Shown here: in pieces, positions 54,001 through 64,000 of the stretch | How the letters are laid out: each line of letters starts with the position of its first letter | How positions within the stretch are numbered: position 1 is the stretch's first letter | Source: Yuukianura sp. NJ FZ-2021 | Lineage: Eukaryota | DNA length: 64,000 bases | Reading direction: 5' to 3' | Assembly (NCBI GenBank): GCA_046563655.1 | Contig: CM102284.1 | Location: 2,046,001-2,110,000 of the forward strand | Notes under the pieces: generated by a model | What the model saw: only the letters and a program-made list of their open reading frames with translations | The model's database searches: none | What the model was told of the DNA's origin: nothing | Translations under genes and position numbers: made by a program

Positions 54001-57000
54001 AAAATTCAACAATACGCTCTCATATGCCCCCAGGGGCGTCTAATCCTCAAAAAGATCAGATTTTATTTGTTGAAGTTTTCCCTGGTGAAAGTTAGTTTTA
54101 AAATGTTTACTTTACCTGTGTTGCCAATGGGTTGGAGTTGCGACACTAGTGTGATGGGGATGTTGAAGATGAGCGTCAGTATCCAGAGGACGATGATGAT
54201 TTTGTAGGCATGTGACTTGGTTTGCCATTTCCTGGAGTGAAGTGGTCTGCAAATGGCAAAGTAGCGTTCAATAGAAATGGCTACTAGCGTCCAAACTCCC
54301 ACGGAAACGGAGACAGCTAAACATGAAAAAGAGCACATCCTTACTGTCAGTTTCATTTCGAAAAAAAAAAACTGTTTTCTGAAGTGCATTTTTATTTCCG
54401 AAAAATTGCTTTCCAGTGTCCATTTTGAAAAAAAGAAGAAAAAGCGTTTTCTTTTCTAGCGACAAATTGCTGTCCATATTGGACTCTGTCTCGGGAGCCT
54501 CTCCCATTTTGCTCTTTTGGGCGTCATTTTCACAAGAGCATCTAACAGGATTAAATGTCACAATAACCCACATAGAGTTTCACGGCTCTCGACTCCCTGA
54601 CGACTCCGGAGTCGTGACTCCCGACTCGACTCCGACTCGACTCTTTGATGAAGAGTCGAGTCGGATCGTCGGCACCGGCTCTGACTCCCTGCAAAAATGA
54701 GAGCCGGGAGTCATTCCGACTCTGACTCTGACTCTGACTCTTTAATGCTTCAAGGGGCCGGGAGTCGCACATGTGTAATTAAGCGCGAGATTGGACATGA
54801 AGTTATTGAATTCTTAAAATAACAATATTAAAACAAAAGAATTATACACTCTGCCTTCCTGTAACAGCACTTTGCATAATGGATAACCGGTAAAAACAAT
54901 GGATTCTGAAACAAATGCGGTTCAGTTAGTGGATTCACACGTGTCATCTGAATACATTGATGTATGTACATTAAACTATTATAATAGTTTAATCTACTTA
55001 GCGTATTGATGTAATAAACTGACGTGCTCTTTAATGAATTGATAGAAAATTACATTTTAAAGGGATGAATCCCGGAGTCGCGACTCCCGACTCGGCTCTG
55101 ACTCTGACTCGACTCTTTGATAAAGAGTCGAGTCATTAAGTCGGCACGGGCTCTGACTCCTTGCAAAAATGAGAGTCGGGAGTCAGTTCGACTCCGACTC
55201 TGACTCGGCTCTTTGCCAAAGAGTCGGAGTCATGAAACTCTAAACCCACAACTCTCAGTCCAGGGTTAGTGAAATCGATGTATACAATTGGTTTGCTCCG
55301 ACTTTATATTGCAACAAAGAGGGAAGAAATCCATGGCTGGAGTGGGATTCGAACTCCCAATGTTACCATTCCGGCGTAATCGCTCTCACCATTGAGCTAC
55401 CCAGTTACTGTTCCTCCATGCCCTCAAATCTTGCCTTTTAACCTGAACAGCTAGCCAACCAACCGCTCCTCCCCGTATAATGGAAACGGAATGTAACCCG
55501 AGAAGAGTGTAATTGTCCCCAACCATGTTGGTGGACTGAGGTCAAGGTCAACTGAAGGGGGGGGGGCGGGGCAAAGGTCAAGTGGCGTTTATCCAGAAAC
55601 CCTGACCAAACATAGATGTGGTTTGACTTACACTATCCCCGGAGGGGAAGGGGGTAGCGGTCTACCACTCAAGCAGAATCGTCATGAATCGATGGACTCT
55701 GGAATCTCTGGAGCTTGTTTGGGAGAAAATAAAAATGAAAATAAAATTGGTCCCTGCATGCCTTCATCTTCAACTTTGTGCGTTTTCAATTTTCTCAAAT
55801 TTTTTCTACTTTTCTACTTTGTTGCATCCCGCAATTTTCTGGGTTGTTATTTCAGTTCATAGCTTCCCACCACTGGAACACTCAAATTAGATTCAAGTGG
55901 GCAAAAACCAAAACTTTAGCCATTTACACATTTTTTGTGTTATTATAACTTGTTTTTGCACAAAATGAAATTAGAACGTAGCGTGTTGTAGGCCCCCCTC
56001 CCGAGACTAATGACCTAAACTATAGCCTAAGCTTAAGCCTGAGTTAGTGTTTTGGAACGATAGTGCTAATGGGCGAGACTAAGCTTCCATTTACATGTAA
56101 GTGGGTTGACCCTATCATAAATCTCACTATATGATGTGACTGCAATGGTGCGTTTTTAGTTCCCGTTCATGAACTGAGTGAGTTGTGGGTTCAAATCTCG
56201 GTTGGTTCAGGCCTCTAAAAAATTTATATCATGCGTTAGACCATTTCTGGAAAAACTCGCGTTTTTCCTCCCATCGCTTTTGCAAACAGTGGAATCACTT
56301 TATGCTTTATTGAAAAAAAAAATGTGAATCTGTCACTGTAAATGGAATGTGAATTCAAATCAAAACTCAACAAGGAGAAATTTTTGAGCGGAAAGAAAAT
56401 ATTTGAGTTTGAAAATAGATGCAAACGTTTGATTTTCAATTTTGGCTCAAAGATGGATGTGGAAGATATTTGGTTGTTTAGATGCAAAAAAAACGACGAG
56501 AACTGACTTCTCGGGCAGCATGCCATTGCTCCGAATGAATTACTCCGAAGCGCATTCCTCCGAATAAAGTTTACCGAATTGCTCCGAATGAATTACCACG
56601 GAAGTAATTTCTCCGAAAGGTAAATTACCTTGAAAGACAAGTTGATCCAAAACTTAGATAACTAAACTTACATAAATGTGCTCAGCGTTAAATTACTAAT
56701 CGTAAGTTTATGTTACAAATCATAAGGTTAGGTTTGGTTAGGCTAACAACTATGAGATTTCACTTGGTTGAGTTATAAGTCACAAGGTGAGGATAGATTA
56801 GTATACTATTGTACTATTTTCGGCGTAATGTGACTTTCGAAGCAATTGGTTTCGTGGCACTTTATTCTGACCAATGCATTTCGGAGGAATTTATTCTAAA
56901 TAATGGCATTGAACAGACGACTTCGTCGTTATTTAAAAAAAAATGGGTCCCTCCCAAGTTATGTCGTTGTTGATCGAAACAAAAATGTTTTCTGAAAGAA

Positions 57001-59873
57001 AAAGAGTTTCAAAGACATAATGTTGCACAAGAGTTTTGTAACTTTTGTTATTACGTAACATTGTGTAGTAGTTCCAAAAGGAAAGTGAAATATGATACAA
57101 AAACGAATACTTTTTTTTAGACCGGAACATCAACTTTTTTCCTCTTTTTCTATGTCAAAAGCTGCAAAGGCTCTCAGATTCCATGAAAAGGTTGAAACTA
57201 AGGAAAGCATTTTTTTGAAGTTTCGGAATTTTATACAACTCGGAAAGGTTATTATAACCTACTTTCACGGACCGTTTATATTAATGACTTTTCTCCATGC
57301 GCAATTAATAGAAAGTAAAAGGAAAGCATTTTTAGGAATGATTTGGGAGAAAAAAAATCATCGACTTTCTTCTATCAAAGCCGCTTTTGAAAACACTTTA
57401 AAAGCTGTTAACCGAAATATCTGGCTCTTTTAACATTTTAATTTGGAAAAGTCGAAACCAGGCTCTCTTTTATCGAAAGGTTAACTTGAGAAGGGAAATG
57501 AAATTTTTTGACAGCGCGAACTAACAAGCTTTTGATCGAAGTGTGACAAAAAAGTAAGACTTTTAAAACGTTGTTTAATAGAATGCCTCTAGCGATGAAA
57601 CGCGTGCAACAGGTAAATTCAGAAACGTTTTTTTTTCAAAACGGACGAATAAACAACTTACTTTGAAGAACAATTTTATATTTTTTTTTTTGCTTGAAAT
57701 ACTCACCTTGGAAGTATGGAATGATTTTGCACATGAGAGATCCAAATATGAAGTTCTGGAGGAGTTGACCCACGAGAGTCGTTGGCATACAGAAAACGCC
57801 AAGCAACAAATCTGCAATCGCCTAAATCCAAAAAAAAATTTTCTTTTGAATTTGACAGATTTCGAAACTAAATTATTTAGTTGTATTCAACTTCTTGTGT
57901 GTATTCTCCGAATTTATCACTTTACTGAGAAAGTGAATTACGCCACAAGGTACTTCATTATTCATCTTCGCTAAAACACTCGTTCGATGCCTAATCAAAC
58001 CTGACAAGGCGCTCGAGCATGCGGGAAAAATCTCTCGTTCCAATTCAAACTCTCCCGCCCTGTCTAGTCTCCGCTCATCACACCGATTCAAAGTGAAAGT
58101 GAATTGGGAAAAGGAAATTTGAAATTAGTAGGCACTCGACTAACCTAACAAAATAACATCTTACACCGACACTTCATTAATACATTGGCAAATTGCAGGT
58201 TCAGGAGACAATTTCGTCAACTACAACTTGTGCAAAAGTCAAATTTCTCAACATGAAATAGAAGGATAAAGTCAAATAGTCAATTTCAGAATACAACTTT
58301 CACTAAGTTTTTAGATTGTTTCCGTTTTATTTTGTAGGTCCTTTTTCCTTACACCGAATTGCGTGATGTTGAGCCATTTGAAGCTTATTAGGCTATTCCA
58401 AGGCATGTATAGGGCAAACACGTGCTGCGGGCTGTTGCGTCTGTGGTTATTAAAGCGTCATGGTGGAATTGTAGGGATAGACCGCTTTTCTCATCTACTT
58501 TCTAATTTTCCGAAACTCCTCGTGGAGGGAATTATCCTCAAAAGCTGTGGTAAATGGACCCCTGTACATCTTCCGTTTCCTTCCAACACAAGCAGAGGCG
58601 GTTATGCGGTTAGGTGGTAACCTACCCAGCGGTTACGTTAACGCAGTTACACAAGATGGGCCTAATGGCCAGCTTCCCCATGCTATGGTTTCAAATGCGT
58701 CTTCCACTGTGTTTAATGAGTATGGTCTTTGGGGAGATTCGGTTCAGCCTCAAAGCAGAATAACAACCTAACATAAACCCAACTTTTACTACAGGAGAAA
58801 CCAGCGAGGAAGCAGAGAAAGCAGGAGTTCGTTCATTTAGAAAGCTCTTCTCATCATCGCATTAAACACTCTCACAAGAGGAGAAAAAAACGATTTCCCT
58901 CCCGAGCAGCAAATAATTACGAAACTTTTTTATTTCCTTCATCCATGACTTTTTAATGGTCCATGGTTTTTTTCTAGCCTCTCGGAAGAACAAACGCTAA
59001 AATAATCAAATGAATTTCAGGATCAAGTAAAGCTAAGGTCAAGGTCACGTGAGCAGAAATTTTTTAAAACAAGCATTAAAAAGCATGTTCTAAACGCAAC
59101 AGGCGGCCTAATTCTATCGCCATCTACATGGAAATGGCGATAGAATACATAGGAATGGAAAGTTCAAATGTGGCGTAGGATTGGTTGAATTAGTTTTGTT
59201 TATTCTAGCTGACCAAATTTAGTAGATGCTATTGGGCAAGGTTTGTTGACAACAGAAATACAACGAATTGTATTTTCTACAACAGGTTGTCCAATACCTC
59301 AGGATTTGCAAAAAAATCTTACTTCAAGCAAATTTCTGCACCAATCCCATTTAGATTGCATGCAAAAAATTACCATAGAAAGGAAGATTTGCTATTTGAA
59401 AACATATTTTAAAACTTCTATTGTACAACCTGGTGTAGAAAAAGTTTTTTTTGTTTACAAACCTTGCTACAAATTAATTTGATATAATGCCATACGTGTG
59501 GCATTGTGAGGACAAAATTTCTTCGCACCATGCGTTTTGTACTAAACCCATGATGTGGAGAAATTTCGTCTTATGTTGATTGAAATATTTTTGTACTTAC
59601 GAGGTTGAGTAGAAAAACGTTCGTGACGGTAACCATCCTTCGGTTTCTTGCCAAAGTCAAAATGACCAAAAGATTTCCAATGACAGACAGCAAGAAAATT
59701 AAAGAATAAAGTGGTATAATTAAAGGTTTTCCAGGGAACCCACCGGAGCCACCGGCCCCACTTGCCCCACCACCAGCCTCCGGTGGGACCAATCCTTCTT
59801 GACTTCCTGTGCCAACAACTAGTGTTTCATTTCCGGAGCCACCGAGTACCACTGACTCAATGTTCTGCTGCAT
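51004..59873 (-). CDS. CCKLR: Cholecystokinin-like / sulfakinin receptor, class A GPCR (exons 59873-59601, 57821-57707, 54316-54116, 53988-53803, 52229-51483, 51041-51004; an upstream exon is possible)
   Basis: GNLLVILTLARNRRMVTVTNVFLLNL|AIADLLLGVFCMP, ISIERYFAICRPL..WQTKSHAYK, SKKKVIRMLFVLVAEFFICWTP, SSCSNPITYCFMNRRFR. Confidence 0.92.
51218..51462. mobile_element. MITE with CAAGGTT termini and 8-bp TSD (P-element- or hAT-like)
   Basis: TSD ATCATGTT at 51210-51217 and 51463-51470. Internal inverted repeat CTACA(C/A)CAGGTTGTCCAATAAC. Confidence 0.85.
52288..52611. mobile_element. Tc1/mariner(pogo)-type MITE
   Basis: TIR CA(A/G)TAGTCTCTCCAACTTATGAAAT with extended imperfect subterminal symmetry. 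TA flanks both ends. Confidence 0.85.
54573..55242. mobile_element. hAT-type non-autonomous element with GACTC/GAGTC subterminal arrays
   Basis: TIR TAGAGTTTCA / TGAAACTCTA and an 8-bp TSD AACCCACA at 54565-54572 and 55243-55250. Confidence 0.9.
55334..55406 (-). mobile_element. tRNA-derived sequence (SINE head or tRNA pseudogene)
   Basis: The minus strand has A-box GGTAGCTCAATGG and B-box GGAGTTCGAATCCC at tRNA spacing. The acceptor and anticodon stems are imperfect. Confidence 0.6.
56505..56925. mobile_element. Degenerate foldback-type element with inverted arrays of about 15-bp TCCGAA/TTCGGA subrepeats
   Basis: ATGCCATTGCTCCGAAT.. repeats on the left are mirrored by ..TTCGGAGGAAT..AATGGCAT on the right, around a GGTTAGG-containing core. 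Confidence 0.5.
59237..59466. mobile_element. Second, inverted and diverged copy of the CAAGGTT MITE at 51218..51462
   Basis: The reverse complement aligns across termini and interior (AATCTTACTTCAA..TTCTGCACCAAT..TTACCATAGAAA). No clear TSD. Confidence 0.8.
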
Positions 59874-62800
59874 CCAAGCACTGCACGGTACAGGAACGAC
59901 GAGACGAGGAAATATGAAAATGTTTAATTTTTAAGATTCTCCGCTTTGTGAGTATAATTTTTTAGCCCAATTTGCTTCGCTTAAAATTTCACAACCGCAC
60001 AGTTCTTGTAGGTTTACGAGCGAAGATTCAAAGAAAAGTCATTTTCCTACGGTAGAATGCCGATGGCGGTGGTATTTTCAAATTTAGCACTTTCTTCGTT
60101 CAGAAAATTTTTCAGGTTAACCACTCTGCTTTCAAAAAATTTCATCTCCACATTCCTTCCGCTATTTGAATCCACAACACCCATTTTTTTCATTTTCTGT
60201 GTAAATGCATTAGACCTTGAAGCAGTTTCAGTATTTTTCAAAAAATTTTTGCACTCTCCAAAGTTTTGAGATTTTTTAAAAAGTTTTAAAAATCCCAGAG
60301 TTTTAAAGTTTTCAAAACCAGAAAATGGGATATCAATGTTTTGAAAAAAGAAAACTTTTCTTTTGAGTTTGAGAGGAAGGCACTTGGAAAAACTTGTTCC
60401 AAGAACTATTTCTTTTGGGGATTTGATTATAGTGAGAAAAACCTCACAAAAGTTTGAACAAATTTTGAAGGGCTCTCTTCCACCTTACAAAAAGTTGGTT
60501 TTCTCTGGGCAATTACGTTGAGATTTCCAAATTTTTAGATTTCTAGATGACAAAACGAAGTGTTCTTGAACTTCTTTGTGTAGAAGTGAAATCATTAGAG
60601 CTAACATTTGGAAGGACACTTTAGTCTCTAGGGCAAGTCCAATTACAGATTTTGTCCCTGCGTACTTCAATTATTTAACTTCTTTGCACAATTTAGTTTT
60701 CAAGTTTCGATATTGGCAAAAACCACCACAACTTTCACTGACGCCAAAATAATTAGGTTTCGCGGAGAACAAAGACACCAAATTGCACAAGCATCAACAT
60801 TTGTGACATTCATCGACACAAAAATGACTGGCTTCAACTGTCACCACAAAAAGTACCGTTGATGCGAAAGTAACCGGGTTTCATTGTCTTCAAAATTTCA
60901 AATGTGGCCAAAATCACGACCTTCGATAGTCCAAACTTTCACTCATGCCAATTTGCAGAGTTTTTCGTCCGAAAGTAATCAACTTTCACTGATGACAAAA
61001 AGTACACGCATGGTTGGCTGACCTTAAAAAGTCAAAGTTTTTACTATCCTTGAAGTTTTCAAATTTCACCAACAACAAAACTATCAAGTAACACCAACGA
61101 CAAACTTATCAACTTTCACTGACTCCAAAAGCATATAAATTTTCATTAACGTCAATAGGATTAGCTGTTAGCAGCTCAAAAAAAAAGTTTCGTAAGTCAT
61201 TTCAAAAATGGGGTTTTCTGAAGGTGAAAGTTGCAACGTGCAACTTTTGCATAACGTTTTGCTGGCACACGTCAAAAAGTTTTGCTGGCACAAACTTTTT
61301 GACTGACCAACTTTCGGTGAATACCGAAACAACTTTTTTGGCACTCGGCAAATAGATTTCACCGTACTTTCTTTCCGTTCACCGCTGAAATCTGGAACTG
61401 GCGTGGCGACGTCTGATCCTTGGCGATGACACAAAACGACTGTGAGAACCGGAGAAAAATAGAATGCGGAGCACAGCGTGAATAAAGATTTTGTGGGAAA
61501 GTTCAAAAAAGCGCCGAAGTAGAGGAGTCATAGTTTCCATTGAGAAATTTTAGTGAGAAACGAACGCTTCAACTCCACGCTGCGCTGCTGCCTTCTTCAG
61601 CCAAAGAAGAGAAAATGATTTGGAACCAACCGGAAGTTTACAAAAGTCTGCACAAAATAAATCAACACTTTGGATTCCTCCTATCCAAAGCCAGCTTCCA
61701 CATCTTCGCATACTCATCTCGAAAATGTATGGCTTTTTATTACAGAAAAATTCATTTGGAAATTCTTTTCGAAAGAATTTTGTGAGAATTAACAATATTT
61801 CTTAAGTATCAAATTATGCAGGGAGAAAACTTTCCCCGCTCTTCATCCACTCGAATTTTATGGTAATAGACTATCTGCAGACTTAGAACTTTTGCTTAAC
61901 AAATTAATTGTGAGAAGATAAAACTGAGTTATGTATAGCACAGCAAGTGGAAAGTCTTACACTGCTCTCTTTCAAAAATTTACATTCGTTTATTTCTTTA
62001 GCCCTCTTTTTTAAGCAAAAGTTACATTTTTGGCTAGACTCCCAACTTTTCGCAACATTACATATCCTCTCACAGTTTGTAAATTTGATTGATTGGATGA
62101 AGGTTCTGGTTAGGTTAGGTCAGATTTAGGCAAGAGCAGGTTCGCAATTTATCAATCTGCAACAAAAAGATACTTGATACGATACTGTTCAATTTTGACG
62201 CATTTTTTTTTATTTTACTTTTAGTTGTTCATTGATTTTGCTTAAATTCTTTCTTGACTTGAAAGATTGCGAGGAAAATTTTTTCAAAGCACTTTTAATC
62301 GTAATTTAGATTTTTTTTAGAAAAGTATTTAAGAATAGAAAACAAAAGTGTTTTTAATCTAAATATAATATTTGCATGTCTTGAATAATTATTGATTTTG
62401 AGAAAATCAATTTACTAACAATAACACCTCGACAAATTTATTGTTTTCAAAATTTTACTTTCAGGATTCTTTTTTTGTATGTTTTCGTTAAGTGATGATT
62501 CTAATCGATAAAAATTGACTAATATAAAGTATTCCTGTGTGGTTTCTTTACAGGTATACTTTTTACTTTTTCTGTACTAAAATGAAAGAGAGCAGAAGGG
62601 CAGGCAAAGCACGATAGATTATATATAGCTTGCTGTCTGTGACTTATTCTATCTTCTGCAAATGATTTTAACAGAAATAAGATAAGGGTAGGCAAACGTG
62701 GGACCAAATTTTGGGAAAAAATTTTTCCTGTCGCTAGAAGCCAATGGCACAATGTCAAATCAGTGGCATGGAAAAGTAGTATAGATTCAGGTTGACAACA

Positions 62801-63378
62801 TGTCACTCTATGTCAAGCTGAGAGCCACTCCTCTCCCGGGAGACGAAAACGCTTCACTATACCAATGCACTTAACGCAATGAAAATACTTTTGAAACAGT
62901 ATTTTTGCAAAGAAAAAAGATTGAAAATTCCATTTCCGCCGATCAAAAAGGATTTACAGAATTTTTTTGGAAGGAAATTTTAATACTCCAGTAGATTTTG
63001 CTTGCCAGGGTTTTGTTTTTAACTAAATCAAAACCCGCACTGAGTTTCGAAGTTTGAATTCCTGAAATGTAGAATGCTTGATGTTTGTGGTTCTAAATAA
63101 TCGATGATCGCTCCAGCGTCAAGTGGATTTGATTTTGTATTTATTTAAGTTAAATATTAATTGGTAATTGATGAAAGTAAGGAAAAGTTAAGATGGCTAC
63201 TCGATGACTCATTAGAATAGAAGACCTTACAGTAGGAAGATGAAACGAAGACTGTTCTATGAATGAATATAGTGGAGGAACACTCCTCCTTGCTTATGCT
63301 ATTAGTAAAGATACACCAAAGAGCGGCGACTTACACTATAGCAATGTGAAGAGAGCGGTTACTTGGAAATTACACTTA

Positions 63379-63626
63379 TGGCCAGTTCTACCATTGCAGG
63401 TTAAAGTTAAACGGAGTTTAGTGCAAACTAGTTCCACCTTTAAACTCAATTAACTTAATTATGCGTCAATTAATTTTGACATGCAAGGTATCAAAATTCT
63501 TGTATTCCTCCGCCGGTTAAAGTCCGGTTAAATTTAACCGGCCGATTTTCTCCAGTTAAATTTTTTAATCTCCGGTTAAATATTTAAACTCCGTTAAAAC
63601 TTAACCTACAATGGACGAACTGGGCA
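63379..63626. mobile_element. PIF/Harbinger-type MITE
   Basis: Imperfect TIR of about 40 bp (TGGCCAGTTCTACCATTGCAGGTTAA.. / ..TTAACCTACAATGGACGAACTGGGCA), with TTA on both sides. Confidence 0.8.
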
Positions 63627-64000
63627 TTACTGTACTATCTCACTGCGCAAGTCCTTACAGTAGTAAATTGCATGCAGAACCAGATTCACGCTTAACCCTT
63701 TCTCACTTCACATAAGTGGATCAAAATAAATGTAAATAGCACTAAAAGTAAATCTAACCCTTTCACTTTCTGTCTCATCTCTTCCAGAGTATTTCTAAAG
63801 TTAAAGTTAGTAACCTAATTCCCGTCTCTGCAAAACAGGAAGCAATTTCCCGAACAATTCCTACAATTTCCAAAATTCTGATTCTAACCTTCATTTTTTT
63901 AAATTTCAGGCATTTTTACAAAAACTAAAAATAAATTTCCAAAACTGATTCTTGACAGTTGGATGGCTGACGATGGATTTAAATAAATTACAATGACAAA

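Noticed and set aside
55334-55406. Functional tRNA gene
   Set aside because: The A and B boxes are present, but the acceptor and anticodon stems do not pair canonically and it sits among repeats.
59111-59146. Perfect 13-bp hairpin ATTCTATCGCCAT / ATGGCGATAGAAT
   Set aside because: It is isolated and intronic, probably a MITE remnant, and too short to call as a miRNA or terminator.
60000-64000. Short ORFs of 60-112 aa
   Set aside because: They have no recognisable domains, and their Phe/Lys-biased composition is typical of AT-rich non-coding DNA.

Overview
This is AT-rich, intron-containing animal DNA, inferred to be from a hexapod. The Tweedle gene and the divergent single-exon IR and GR-like expansions suggest a springtail-like species. 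In order, the window holds: an 11-bp repeat; two divergent ionotropic-receptor-like paralogues (one frameshifted); a six-exon fungal-type egt1 ergothioneine biosynthesis gene; an MBT-repeat gene; a tandemly duplicated IR/GR-like cluster; an 11-bp satellite; an ankyrin-TRPA channel; two cuticle-type proteins; bestrophin; a CSab defensin-like peptide; a secreted C2-CBM14 fusion; a C2H2 zinc-finger gene; and a CCK/sulfakinin receptor with MITE-rich introns. The standout is the intact, spliced egt1 (EgtD methyltransferase fused to an EgtB sulfoxide synthase) embedded among animal genes. It is a candidate fungus-to-animal horizontal transfer that could allow an animal to make ergothioneine. All family calls come from motif recognition and hand-traced splice sites; no searches were run.
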